NCBI GenBank assembly: GCA_002414865.1
Contig: DIAQ01000108.1
Span: 471-60,993, forward strand
Reading direction: 5' to 3'
Origin: a candidate division Hyd24-12 bacterium UBA5074
GTDB lineage: Bacteria; Fermentibacterota; Fermentibacteria; Fermentibacterales; Fermentibacteraceae
Length of the DNA: 60,523 bases
A program made the position numbers and the translations under genes. Below the pieces are notes generated by a model. That model saw nothing but the letters and a program-made list of their open reading frames with translations. It was not told the DNA's origin and ran no database searches. Below are positions 17,618 to 26,848 of the stretch, one piece after another; the first letter of the stretch is position 1, and the number at the start of each line of letters is the position of its first letter.

Positions 17618-17768
17618 CGGGACCTCCGTGTTCGTGCGAAGGCGGAAACTGATGCCCGGGCAGGCCTCCGGTCAATGCCGGCGCCGCGGCGGGAGCCGCC
17701 CGGGCAGGGTCGTGGACACGCGCAGACGCTCTAGATCATCATTGGCCGGAACGGAGGTCCCGATGAGA
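17612..17768. repeat. Perfect 18-bp inverted repeat bracketing a 121-bp divergent promoter region
   Basis: TCTCATCGGGACCTCCGT (17612-17629) is the exact reverse complement of ACGGAGGTCCCGATGAGA (17751-17768); internal 11-bp direct repeat GCCCGGGCAGG at 17654 and 17698. Confidence 0.9.
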
Positions 17769-18767
17769 ATCCTGGTCTTGTCCGGTGGAAGGTCGGCGGA
17801 GCGAGAGATCTCGATCGAATCCGCCGCATTCGTGTCCAGGGCGCTGGAGGCGGCGGGCCATTCCGTCGTCGCAGTGGATATCGATGCCGACGGCACCTGG
17901 TCCCGCTCGGGCCGCGTGCTCCTGATCGAGACCGGGCGCTGCCCGTGGCTCCTCCGGGATGCCGGATCGACTCTCCAGTTCGAGGCCGTGTTCCCCGTGC
18001 TCCACGGTCCGTTCGGCGAGGACGGCACGGTGCAGGGGCTCTGTGAGACGGCCGGCTGGCCGTGCGCGGGAGCTGACGTGATGGCCTCTTCGGTGGGCAT
18101 GAACAAGATCGCGTTCAAGCGCCTGGCGGCCGGAGCGGGCATACCGGTCGTGCCGTGGATGGAGGTCTCCGCAGGGCCATCCGGCCCCCTGGCCGACTGC
18201 GTGGAAGGCGAGCTGGGGCTGCCCGTCTTCGTGAAGCCCGCAAGGCTGGGCTCCTCCGTGGGCATCTCCCGCGCAGCGGACGGCCGATCCCTCGCCATGG
18301 CGCTCGATCTCGCATTCTCCTACGATCCGCTCGTGCTGGTGGAGGTGGCGCTCCGGACTCCCAGGGAGCTGGAGGTATCTCTCGTCGGGGACGATTCAGG
18401 CATCTCCAGCTCGATCCCCGGAGAGGTGAAGCCCGGCCGCGACTGGTACGACTACGAGGCCAAGTACGCCTGCGCTGCATCCGAGCTGTGCATTCCTGCG
18501 CAGATACCGGCGGCGCTGGCGGCCGAGATATCGAGGAACGCGACAACCGCATTCGGTCTGATAGGCGGGAGGGGCTACGCGAGGATGGACTTCCTCCTCG
18601 AGGGCGACATGCTGTTCCTCAACGAGGTGAACACGATACCGGGGTTCACCGGCATAAGCATGTTCCCCAAGCTCTGGGAGGCGTCGGGTGTCCCGGCGCC
18701 GGCCCTTCTCGATCGTATCCTTCACGAGGCCCTGTCGCGCAGGCAGGTCGGGCTCTGGAGGAGATGA
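17763..18767 (+). CDS. ddl: D-alanine--D-alanine ligase
   Basis: LSGGRSAEREIS, FPVLHGPFGEDGTVQG, FVKPARLGSSVG, YDYEAKY, RMDF, NEVNTIPGFT, SMFP. Confidence 0.96.
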   Translation: MRILVLSGGRSAEREISIESAAFVSRALEAAGHSVVAVDIDADGTWSRSGRVLLIETGRCPWLLRDAGSTLQFEAVFPVLHGPFGEDGTVQGLCETAGWPCAGADVMASSVGMNKIAFKRLAAGAGIPVVPWMEVSAGPSGPLADCVEGELGLPVFVKPARLGSSVGISRAADGRSLAMALDLAFSYDPLVLVEVALRTPRELEVSLVGDDSGISSSIPGEVKPGRDWYDYEAKYACAASELCIPAQIPAALAAEISRNATTAFGLIGGRGYARMDFLLEGDMLFLNEVNTIPGFTGISMFPKLWEASGVPAPALLDRILHEALSRRQVGLWRR

Positions 18768-19804
18768 TGTCCAGGTTCAGGGTGGATCTCAGGAGCGATA
18801 CGGTGAGCGTTCCGTCGCTGGGCATGCGCAACGCCATGGCCCATGCAGAGGTCGGCGACGACGTTTTCGGAGAGGATCCCACGGTCAACCTGCTCCAGGA
18901 GAGGGTCGCAACGCTGCTCGGTTTCGAGTCGGCGATCTTCATGGCTTCGGGGACCATGTCGAACGGGATCGCCATCCGGGTCCTGGCCGATCCCGGGGAT
19001 GAGGTGGTCTGCGGCTCTTCGAGTCACATCTACATCTACGAGGGCGCCTCTGCGGCCCTCAACGGAGGCATTCAGCTGCACAGGCTGGACGAAGGGCCCG
19101 ACGGGCTCCCCGAGCCTGCGGATATCGAGGCCGCGCTGGCGAGGAGCGGTGACCTGCATTTCGCCCCGAGGCGGCTGGTCTGCCTCGAGAACACTCATAA
19201 CATAATGGGTGGCAAAGTACTGCCTGCGTCGAAAGTGCGCTCGGTCCAGGACATCGTATATGCGTCCGGGGGGCGGCTCTACCTGGATGGAGCGAGGTTG
19301 TGGCACACCCATGTCGCACTCGGGGTTCCCCTGCAGGAGCTGACGCAGGGCTTCGAGATGGTCTCGGTGTGCTTCTCCAAGGCCATGGGCTGCCCCGTGG
19401 GGTCCGTCCTCGCGGGGAGCGCGGCGACCGTGGCCAGGGCGAGGTGGTTCAGGAAGCGCCATGGGGGGGGGATGAGACAGGCCGGCATACTCGCCGCCGC
19501 CTGCCTGCACGCGCTGGAGCACAACCTCCCCCAGCTCGAGCAGACGCACAAGTGGGCAAGGTCCCTTGCGAGGGCCGCCTCCTCGTCATCCATCTTCGAG
19601 ATCGAGCCCGAGTCCGTCGAGACCAACATCGTGATACTGCGCTCGCCGGGTGTGAGCTCGGCCACGGTGGCCTCCGCCCTCGAAGGGGTCGGCATAGGAT
19701 GCCTCCCCGTTGGGCCGCAGGCCATCAGGCTGGTGACGCACCTGTCGCTCTCGGAGCGGGACATGAAGTTCGCGGCGGACACGCTCGCCGCCTTTGGAGG
19801 ATAG
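18764..19804 (+). CDS. ltaE: Low-specificity L-threonine aldolase family PLP enzyme
   Basis: DLRSDTV, VGDDVFGEDPTVN, SGTMSN, LENTHN, LDGARL, CFSKAMGCPVGS (PLP Lys), GGGMRQAG. Confidence 0.92.
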   Translation: MMSRFRVDLRSDTVSVPSLGMRNAMAHAEVGDDVFGEDPTVNLLQERVATLLGFESAIFMASGTMSNGIAIRVLADPGDEVVCGSSSHIYIYEGASAALNGGIQLHRLDEGPDGLPEPADIEAALARSGDLHFAPRRLVCLENTHNIMGGKVLPASKVRSVQDIVYASGGRLYLDGARLWHTHVALGVPLQELTQGFEMVSVCFSKAMGCPVGSVLAGSAATVARARWFRKRHGGGMRQAGILAAACLHALEHNLPQLEQTHKWARSLARAASSSSIFEIEPESVETNIVILRSPGVSSATVASALEGVGIGCLPVGPQAIRLVTHLSLSERDMKFAADTLAAFGG

Positions 19805-19805
19805 G

Positions 19806-20720
19806 ATGAGAACAGGCGTCGCAGGCGTCGGCCATCTCGGTTATCACCACGCCAGGATTCTCAGGAGCCTGGCCTCCGAGGTCCGCGTCCACGACCTGGA
19901 CGGGCGGAGGGCCGACACGGTCGCATCCGAGCTCGGAGTCGAGTCCGTGAGCTCCCTCGAGGCCCTGGTGGACTGGTGCGATGCGCTGGTCGTGGCCTGC
20001 ACCACCTCGAGCCATCACTCCGTGGCGATGAAGGCCCTCGGTGCCGGACGGCACATCCTCGTCGAAAAACCCATTGCGGCGACAGGCGCTCAGGCGAGGG
20101 AGATGGAGCGGGCTGCACGAGCCGCCGGGGCGGTCCTGGCCGTGGGCCATGTCGAGAGATTCAACCCTGCTGTCGTGGCAGCCTCCAACCTGCTGCAGAA
20201 GCCGCTCTTCGTCGAGGGGCACAGGATGTCCCCGTTCAAGACCAGGGGCACCGACGTATCCGTCGTCATGGACCTGATGATCCATGACATCGACCTCGTT
20301 CTCTCCTTCATGAAGGCTCCGGTGACGGGCATCTCGGCCTCCGGAGTGGCCGTGCTCACGGACAGCGTGGACATCGCCAGCGCCCGCATCTCGTTTGCCG
20401 ACGGCGCCGTGGCCAACATGACCGCCAGCCGGATCTCGAAGGAGCCCCTGAGAAAGCTCCGGTTCTTCCAGCAGAAGCGCTACGTGGCCGTGGACTTCGC
20501 AGCCCGGTCCGTCGAAGCCCTGGAGGTCAGGGGGGATTCCATCGTCCCTATCGAAGTGGAAGTACCCGAGACCGATCCATTGACCGAAGAGCTGAAGGAC
20601 TTCCTGGAATGCTGCAGGACCGGAGCATGCCCCGTCGTGGGCGCGGCCGACGGCGTAAGGGCCCTGGAAACGGCCGAGCTGATACTCGCCACCATATCCT
20701 CGGCGACCAGGGCCTGCTGA
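19806..20720 (+). CDS. Gfo/Idh/MocA NAD-dependent oxidoreductase, GnnA-like
   Basis: GVAGVGHLG, LVEKPIA, VGHVERFNP, DLMIHDID; abuts lpxB. Confidence 0.88.
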   Translation: MRTGVAGVGHLGYHHARILRSLASEVRVHDLDGRRADTVASELGVESVSSLEALVDWCDALVVACTTSSHHSVAMKALGAGRHILVEKPIAATGAQAREMERAARAAGAVLAVGHVERFNPAVVAASNLLQKPLFVEGHRMSPFKTRGTDVSVVMDLMIHDIDLVLSFMKAPVTGISASGVAVLTDSVDIASARISFADGAVANMTASRISKEPLRKLRFFQQKRYVAVDFAARSVEALEVRGDSIVPIEVEVPETDPLTEELKDFLECCRTGACPVVGAADGVRALETAELILATISSATRAC

Positions 20721-21818
20721 GTGAGGCTCTTCGCCGTCGCAGGAGAGCCTTCGGGAGACGTCAGGGCCGCAGAACTCCTGGGCGAGCTTGCGAAGATCGG
20801 GCAGCTCGACGTCGCCGGGATGGGCGGACCTCGCATGGCTGCAGCGGGAGCGGTCCTCTCCGAGAGGATGGAAGCCCACTCCGTCATGGGCTTCGCCGAG
20901 GTGCTCCGGTCCGCCGCCGCGTTCGCGGCGTTGGAGCGCAGGCTGCACGAGGCGTGTCTGGATTTTTCACCCGATGCCATGCTGCTCGTCGACTATCCCG
21001 GCTTCAATCTCAGATTCGCGAAATGGGCCTCTCGCAAGGGTTTGAAAGTCATCTACTATATCTCGCCGCAGATCTGGGCATGGGGCGGATGGCGCGTCCC
21101 CGCCATCCGGGAATCCGTCTCCCTGATGGTCACCCTGTTCGAGTTCGAGCACGAGTTCTACCGGAGCAGGGGAATCAGGAGCACATGGAGCGGGCATCCG
21201 CTGGTCGACGCAATCCCGGTGACCGCTCCCGGGGGCCGGTCGATCGCCGTCCTGCCGGGCAGCAGAGCCCAGGAGGTATCGCGGCTCCTGCCCGTCATGC
21301 TCGACGCCGCCCGGCGGCTCGTGGCCGATGGGTCTGCCGACGGCGTCGTGGTCGCGCGCTCGGGGAACCTTCCCGAGAGTCTGTATGATCGCTGCAGCTC
21401 ACAGCCCGGAGTCGGACTCGCAGACGGGACCTCCGAAGCCCTGGCCGGGGCCAGGGGAGCCTTCGTCTGCTCGGGGACGGCCACCCTCGAGACGTCCCTG
21501 CACGGGATCCCGTTCGTGGTTCTCTACAGGACATCACCTGTCACGTACGGCCTCGCCAGGCTGCTCGTAAGAGGCGTCGACAGGATTTGCCTCGCGAGCA
21601 TCGCCGCAGGAATCGAAGCGGCGCCAGAGCTCATCCAGGGCCGTGTGACCGCGGCCAGAGCGGCGGAGGCTCTGAGACCTCTCCTGGCCGACGGTCCGAG
21701 GAGGGACGGCAGCCTCGCCGGGCTTGCCAGGGTGCGGGCCTCGCTCGGGGCGCCCGGAGCCGCCGCCCGGGCTGCGGCGGCGATCGCCGGATTCCTTGAA
21801 GGCTCCCAGTGGACCTGA
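20721..21818 (+). CDS. lpxB: Lipid-A-disaccharide synthase
   Basis: AGEPSGD, VMGFAEV, VDYPGFN, YYISPQIWAW, GHPLVD, LPGSRAQE, SGTATLE. Confidence 0.95.
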   Translation: MRLFAVAGEPSGDVRAAELLGELAKIGQLDVAGMGGPRMAAAGAVLSERMEAHSVMGFAEVLRSAAAFAALERRLHEACLDFSPDAMLLVDYPGFNLRFAKWASRKGLKVIYYISPQIWAWGGWRVPAIRESVSLMVTLFEFEHEFYRSRGIRSTWSGHPLVDAIPVTAPGGRSIAVLPGSRAQEVSRLLPVMLDAARRLVADGSADGVVVARSGNLPESLYDRCSSQPGVGLADGTSEALAGARGAFVCSGTATLETSLHGIPFVVLYRTSPVTYGLARLLVRGVDRICLASIAAGIEAAPELIQGRVTAARAAEALRPLLADGPRRDGSLAGLARVRASLGAPGAAARAAAAIAGFLEGSQWT

Positions 21819-23650
21819 TGGCGCTTGCGAGGACAGCGGGCCGGCTGCTCGTGACAGGACTCGGACTCTCGTGGAGGATAGACTACCGGCGCCCCCCCTC
21901 CGGCAGGGCCGGACACATGCGCGGCCTCCCGGCTCTCTTTGCGTTCTGGCACGGCCGCCAGCTCCCCCTGATCTACACCCACAGGAACGAGACCTCCACC
22001 GTTCTCATAAGTTCCAACCGGGACGGCGAGTATGCAGCCCGCGCGCTCGAGGCCATGGGGTTCCGGACCATTCGGGGCTCCACGAGCAGAGGGGGTGTGA
22101 GGGCGCTTCGGGAGATGGCCGCGAGACTGGCTTCGGGGACAGACTGCGCGCTCACTCCGGATGGTCCGCGCGGGCCGTTCGAGAAGGCCATGCCCGGCGC
22201 CGCCACGATATCGGCCCTTGCGGGCAGGCCGGCGGTCGCCCTGGGTACGGCAGGTTGGCCGAGGCTGGTTTTCGGATCCTGGGACAGGTTCCAGGTCGCT
22301 CTGCCCTTCGCCAGGATGGTCGTCGTGGAGGGCCGCCCGGTCGGACCGTTCCGAAGGGATGGGATCGAGGGCGGGACCATGCTCCTCGAGACCGAGATGA
22401 GGCGCGTGACCGGCCTTGCGGAGTATCTCGCGCGTCCCGTCTCCAGAGCCGTCTCCTCCATCGTCTCTGCCGCTGCGGGGGCCGCGGAGCCCGTCGCCCG
22501 TCTCGCGCTGCTCGCCAGGCCACCCCGGGAGCGGCTCGAGAGAACCGGACGCGCGCCGTGCCCGGGAGCAGGTGCGGTGATGCTCCACGGCTCCTCGATG
22601 GGGGAGATCGAAGGGCTGCTGCCGCTTGCGGCAGATCTGGAGTCGAGGGGCACGAGGTCCTTCCTCACATGCTTCACCCCGGCTGCGAGGGCGAAACTGG
22701 AATCGGCGGGCCTGCCGTCATGCTTCCTCCCGCTCGACTGCCCGCATTTCGTGGATGGCTTCCTGGAGAGATGGGCTCCGTCGGTCCTGGTTCTCGCCGA
22801 GACCGAGATCTGGCCGAACATGGTGAAGTCGTGCCTTCTCAGGTCGATACCCTGCATGATGGTCAACGCCAGGCTGTCGAGGCGGAGCCTGAATCGCTAC
22901 AAGGCGTTCGGCGGCCCTTCCGCGGGCCGCCTGCTCTCCTGCTTCGCCGCCGTCCTCGCGAGGTCCGGAGAGGACGCGGAGCGCTTCGTCGAACTGGGCG
23001 TCAGACCCGACATCGTGAAACTCTCGGGTGATTCCAAGGCCCTGGCCGCCCCCGGGGAGCCGCCTCCGGAATGGTCGGCGCTGCTTCCGCGGGGGAGACC
23101 CGTCCTGATAGCCGGATCGACACGCGAGGGCGAGGAGCTCCCTGTGGCGAGGGCCGCGATCGAGGCCTCCCTGTATCCGGTCATCGCTCCACGGCATCTT
23201 GCCCGGGTGGGCGAAATCGTGAAGATGCTCTCCTCCTCGGGCATTTCCTGCGGGCTCTGGAGCGAGGGCGCCCCCGGCGGGGGCGGGAACGAATGCCTGG
23301 TGATCGACAGGATGGGGATGCTCTCGAGACTCTACGCCCTCGGCAAAGTGGCCTTCGTGGGCGGGACGATCGCGCCGCTTGGAGGCCATAACATCCTCGA
23401 GCCTCTCAGGCAGGGCATCCCGGTCGTGACCGGACCTTCGGTGGAGAGCTTCGCAGAGGTAGCTGCCCTCGGGCGGGAGTCCGGCGCCGTGAGATCGGTG
23501 GAGACCGGGATGCTGGCCTCCGCCTTTGCTGAAGCCCTGGCCGCGCCTCCGCCGCGAGGAGAGCTGATCGAGCTGGGCTCCACGGAGGCCCGGGGCGTTC
23601 TCGGTGACTTCAGGAGGGCGCTGGCATCCTGCGGAGTGGATTCCCCATGA
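21818..23650 (+). CDS. waaA: Fusion of DUF374 (LpxJ-like acyltransferase) and Kdo transferase WaaA
   Basis: N-terminal FWHGRQL, ISSNRDGE, IRGSTSRGG, TPDGPRGP; C-terminal HGSSMGE, ETEIWPN, AGSTREGEE, IAPRH, FVGGTIAPLGGHNILEP; one uninterrupted frame. Confidence 0.88.
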   Translation: MALARTAGRLLVTGLGLSWRIDYRRPPSGRAGHMRGLPALFAFWHGRQLPLIYTHRNETSTVLISSNRDGEYAARALEAMGFRTIRGSTSRGGVRALREMAARLASGTDCALTPDGPRGPFEKAMPGAATISALAGRPAVALGTAGWPRLVFGSWDRFQVALPFARMVVVEGRPVGPFRRDGIEGGTMLLETEMRRVTGLAEYLARPVSRAVSSIVSAAAGAAEPVARLALLARPPRERLERTGRAPCPGAGAVMLHGSSMGEIEGLLPLAADLESRGTRSFLTCFTPAARAKLESAGLPSCFLPLDCPHFVDGFLERWAPSVLVLAETEIWPNMVKSCLLRSIPCMMVNARLSRRSLNRYKAFGGPSAGRLLSCFAAVLARSGEDAERFVELGVRPDIVKLSGDSKALAAPGEPPPEWSALLPRGRPVLIAGSTREGEELPVARAAIEASLYPVIAPRHLARVGEIVKMLSSSGISCGLWSEGAPGGGGNECLVIDRMGMLSRLYALGKVAFVGGTIAPLGGHNILEPLRQGIPVVTGPSVESFAEVAALGRESGAVRSVETGMLASAFAEALAAPPPRGELIELGSTEARGVLGDFRRALASCGVDSP

Positions 23651-24753
23651 CGGCGGAGCAGGCCTTCAGGCGGATCGCGGAGCGCAGGGGATTCTGGGCT
23701 CCCGTGGGCTGGATCCTCTCCCCGCTCGGGCTCGTGTACGGTACCCTGGCCGCAGTCAGGAGAAGGCTCTACGAAACGGGGAAGGCCGCCCGTACGCGTG
23801 TGCCGGCGGTCGTCGTGAGCGTCGGCAACCTGGAGGTCGGAGGGGTGGGCAAGACCCCGGTTACCATCTGGCTGGCGCAGGAGCTGGCGAGGCAGGGCAT
23901 GCGCACGGCTGTGGTGGCGAAAGACCTCAACCGGAGCAGAAGGACCCCTTTCGACGCTTCGCGCGAGTTGATGAGCAATTCCAACAAGTTGCCTTCCGAT
24001 GAAGTGATACTCCTGACGCGATCTCTCCGGGAATGCTCCGTGTACGCCGGTCCTGACAAGACGGACGCGGCGGTGCGCGCATGGGAGGAGGCAAGGCCGG
24101 AGGTCATCGTCGTCGATGACGGGTTCCAGCATCTCAGGCTCTGCAGGGATATGGAGATAGTGGTCCTGGACTTCGACCATCCCCTCGGGAGGGGAGGCGT
24201 GCTCCCGGCAGGAACCCTCCGGGAGTTCCCGGGCACTTTGACGAAGGCCGATGTGTTCTGGATAAACAGGGTCGGAACCGGGAGGAGCGGCGAATGGATG
24301 GGCAGGGCCCTGTCCGCATACAACTGGCGGGCAGCCGTAGTGACCAGCAGGCTGGTTCCGCAGGGCCTGAGGCTGCCCGGCGGGGGCATGCTCGCACCGT
24401 CAGGTCTCAAGGTGCTGGCCTTCTGCGGGATCGGGTCGCCTGACGGCTTCGGCCGGACTCTCGGGGAGGCCGGCTGCGAAGTGCTCGGACTGGAGGTGTT
24501 CCCCGACCATCACCGATATTCGGATGACGAGCTCGACGGGCTCGAAAAGCTTCGCCGGGAGCGATCGGCGGACTTCCTGGTGACCACCGGGAAGGACTCG
24601 GTCAAGCTGGGCAGGAAGGGAAGCGAGCTCAACATCGCATTCCTGGAAGTGAGCCTGGAAGTGTCCGGAGAAGCCGAGCGCCTCCTCTCGGAGATCAGGC
24701 GCCTGCATGCCTCCAGGTTCGGATCGGGAGGTTCCAGTGACCACCAGGTATGA
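23647..24753 (+). CDS. lpxK: Tetraacyldisaccharide 4'-kinase
   Basis: SVGNLEVGGVGKTP, SDE, VDDGFQH, LPAGTLRE, AFCGIGSP, FPDHHRY, TTGKD. Confidence 0.94.
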   Translation: MTAEQAFRRIAERRGFWAPVGWILSPLGLVYGTLAAVRRRLYETGKAARTRVPAVVVSVGNLEVGGVGKTPVTIWLAQELARQGMRTAVVAKDLNRSRRTPFDASRELMSNSNKLPSDEVILLTRSLRECSVYAGPDKTDAAVRAWEEARPEVIVVDDGFQHLRLCRDMEIVVLDFDHPLGRGGVLPAGTLREFPGTLTKADVFWINRVGTGRSGEWMGRALSAYNWRAAVVTSRLVPQGLRLPGGGMLAPSGLKVLAFCGIGSPDGFGRTLGEAGCEVLGLEVFPDHHRYSDDELDGLEKLRRERSADFLVTTGKDSVKLGRKGSELNIAFLEVSLEVSGEAERLLSEIRRLHASRFGSGGSSDHQV

Positions 24754-26320
24754 CGTCCTGATCATCGGGGCCGGGCTGGGCGGGATGTCCTGCGCCCTGG
24801 AGCTGCCGTCCTCGATGCGGATACTCCTGCTCAGCAAGGTCGCCCTGCCCGCGGGCAGCACCTGTCTGGCCCAGGGGGGGCTGGCGGCGGCCGTAGGACC
24901 CGACGACAGCGCCGGCCTGCATCTCGCCGACACGCTTGCGGCAGGAGGTGGTCTCACGACGGAATCGACGGCCAGGAGGATCATCGAATACGGTCCTCGC
25001 CTGGTCGAGCGGCTCGCATCATGGGGCGCCAGGCTGGATGGGGCCGGAGGCGAGCCCGGAGGGATGGAGGGGGGGCACAGCAGGCGGCGCGTGCTCCACT
25101 TCTTCGACAGGACGGGGCGCTGGATAAGCGAGAACCTGACTGCACAGTGCCGGAACAGGGCCAACATCCACATACTGGAAGGCGGCTTCGCCATCAACCT
25201 GATCGTCGCCTCGAGGGAGGCTCCCGCGCTTATGGGAGCGAAGGGCGACAGATGCCTCGGGGCATATGTGCTGAAGGACGGAGAAGTCCACACGGTGCTC
25301 GCGGGGGAGACCGTGATCGCCACCGGCGGTGCGGGCAAGGTCTACCGCTACACATCGAACGACGACTGGGCGACGGGTGACGGCATCGCGATGGCCTGGA
25401 GGGCCGGCCTCCCGGTCAGGAACATGGAGTTCTTCCAGTTCCACCCCACCTGCCTCTTCCATCCGCAGCGCCGGAATTTCCTGATAACGGAGGCGATGAG
25501 GGGGGAGGGGGCCATCCTCCTCAACCTGGCCGGCGAGAGGTTCATGGAGCGCTTCGAGCCCGAAGCGCTGGAACTGGCTCCCAGGGACAGGGTCGCGAGG
25601 GCCATCGATTCGGAGATGAAGCGCCTCGGCGACGACCATGTCCTCCTCGACGCGCGCAGCCTGGGCAGGAAGGTGCTCGAGGAGAGGTTCCCGGAAGTCA
25701 CCGAGGGTGTCACCGCGCTGGGCATCTACCCGTGGGACGAGCCCATCCCGGTCGTGCCGGCCGCGCACTATTGCGTCGGCGGTGTCGTGGCGGGCGTGGA
25801 CGGATCGACGGAGATGGAGGGGCTCAGGGTGGTCGGAGAGGCTGCCTCAACCGGGCTCCACGGGGCCAACAGGCTGGGCAGCAACAGCCTGCTCGAAGCG
25901 GGAGTCATGGGCATCGAAGCGGCGGCGGCCATGGCCGGATCCCTCCAGGGACCGCCCGAGATCACGGTGAAGGACTGGTACTTCGGCCGCGCCCGACCTC
26001 TCTCGGAGAGCATCCTGGTCGACCACGACTGGGCGGCTGTCCGTTCCACGATGTGGGACTACGTGGGGATCATCAGGTCGGACAGGAGGCTGCGCAGGGC
26101 GCTCCGCATCGTGGAGGTCATCTCGGACGAGGTGGAGGAGGACTACTGGTCGCTGCTGCCCGACATGGGGCTGCTCGAGCTGCGCAACCTCTGCACGGTG
26201 GCGGGCATCATCATCCGCTCCGCCCTCCTGAGGAGGGAGAGCCGCGGGCTGCACTACAACCTCGACTGTCCCGAGACCGTTCCGCCTCCCCGCGACACCG
26301 TGGTGAGACAGGAGAGATGA
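24737..26320 (+). CDS. nadB: L-aspartate oxidase
   Basis: IIGAGLGG, AQGG, EGGHSRRRVLH, ATGGAG, MEFFQFHPT, LITEAMRGEG, ELAPRD, VPAAHYCVGG, TGLHGANRLGSNSLLE, RRESRGLHY. Confidence 0.95.
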   Translation: MTTRYDVLIIGAGLGGMSCALELPSSMRILLLSKVALPAGSTCLAQGGLAAAVGPDDSAGLHLADTLAAGGGLTTESTARRIIEYGPRLVERLASWGARLDGAGGEPGGMEGGHSRRRVLHFFDRTGRWISENLTAQCRNRANIHILEGGFAINLIVASREAPALMGAKGDRCLGAYVLKDGEVHTVLAGETVIATGGAGKVYRYTSNDDWATGDGIAMAWRAGLPVRNMEFFQFHPTCLFHPQRRNFLITEAMRGEGAILLNLAGERFMERFEPEALELAPRDRVARAIDSEMKRLGDDHVLLDARSLGRKVLEERFPEVTEGVTALGIYPWDEPIPVVPAAHYCVGGVVAGVDGSTEMEGLRVVGEAASTGLHGANRLGSNSLLEAGVMGIEAAAAMAGSLQGPPEITVKDWYFGRARPLSESILVDHDWAAVRSTMWDYVGIIRSDRRLRRALRIVEVISDEVEEDYWSLLPDMGLLELRNLCTVAGIIIRSALLRRESRGLHYNLDCPETVPPPRDTVVRQER

Positions 26321-26829
26321 GAGGCCGCCTCCTCCTCCTGTGCGCGGCACTGGCCGCGCTGGCCTGCTCCGCACCGGTCTACAGGGGGCAGGGGCTGAGG
26401 TGCGTCGGAGGCGACTGGTCCGCCGGCGTCTCCAGTGCGGGACCCGGGCCGATGGGCTCCGACCAGAACAGGATGATGGGCATCATCGAGAGCTACATGG
26501 GCACTCCCTACGTCTACGGTGGGAACAGCCATGACGGCATCGACTGCTCCGGGTTCACGCAGGCTGTCTACCGGGAGTCCGGGTTCGAGATCCCGAGGAC
26601 CGCGAGCGCCCAGGCCGAGTTCGCGAGGGATGTTTCGCCATCGGAGCTGCAGTTCGGAGACCTGTTGTTCTTCAATACTTCGGGGGGCGGCATCTCGCAT
26701 GTGGGAATCTACGTGGGCAACGGATTCTTTGCGCATGCCGCATCCAGCTCGGGGGTCAGGCGTGAGAGCCTCGCCAATCCCTATTATGCCGCCAGGATAG
26801 TGGGGGCTGGCCGGGTGCCGGGCATGTAG
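26317..26829 (+). CDS. NlpC/P60 (C40) peptidoglycan endopeptidase lipoprotein
   Basis: Lipobox ALAC; GTPYVYGG, GIDCSG, IPRTASAQ, GDLLFF, SHVGIYVG, FAHA. Confidence 0.92.
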   Translation: MRGRLLLLCAALAALACSAPVYRGQGLRCVGGDWSAGVSSAGPGPMGSDQNRMMGIIESYMGTPYVYGGNSHDGIDCSGFTQAVYRESGFEIPRTASAQAEFARDVSPSELQFGDLLFFNTSGGGISHVGIYVGNGFFAHAASSSGVRRESLANPYYAARIVGAGRVPGM

Positions 26830-26848
26830 CGCGCCCGGGGAACAGCCC

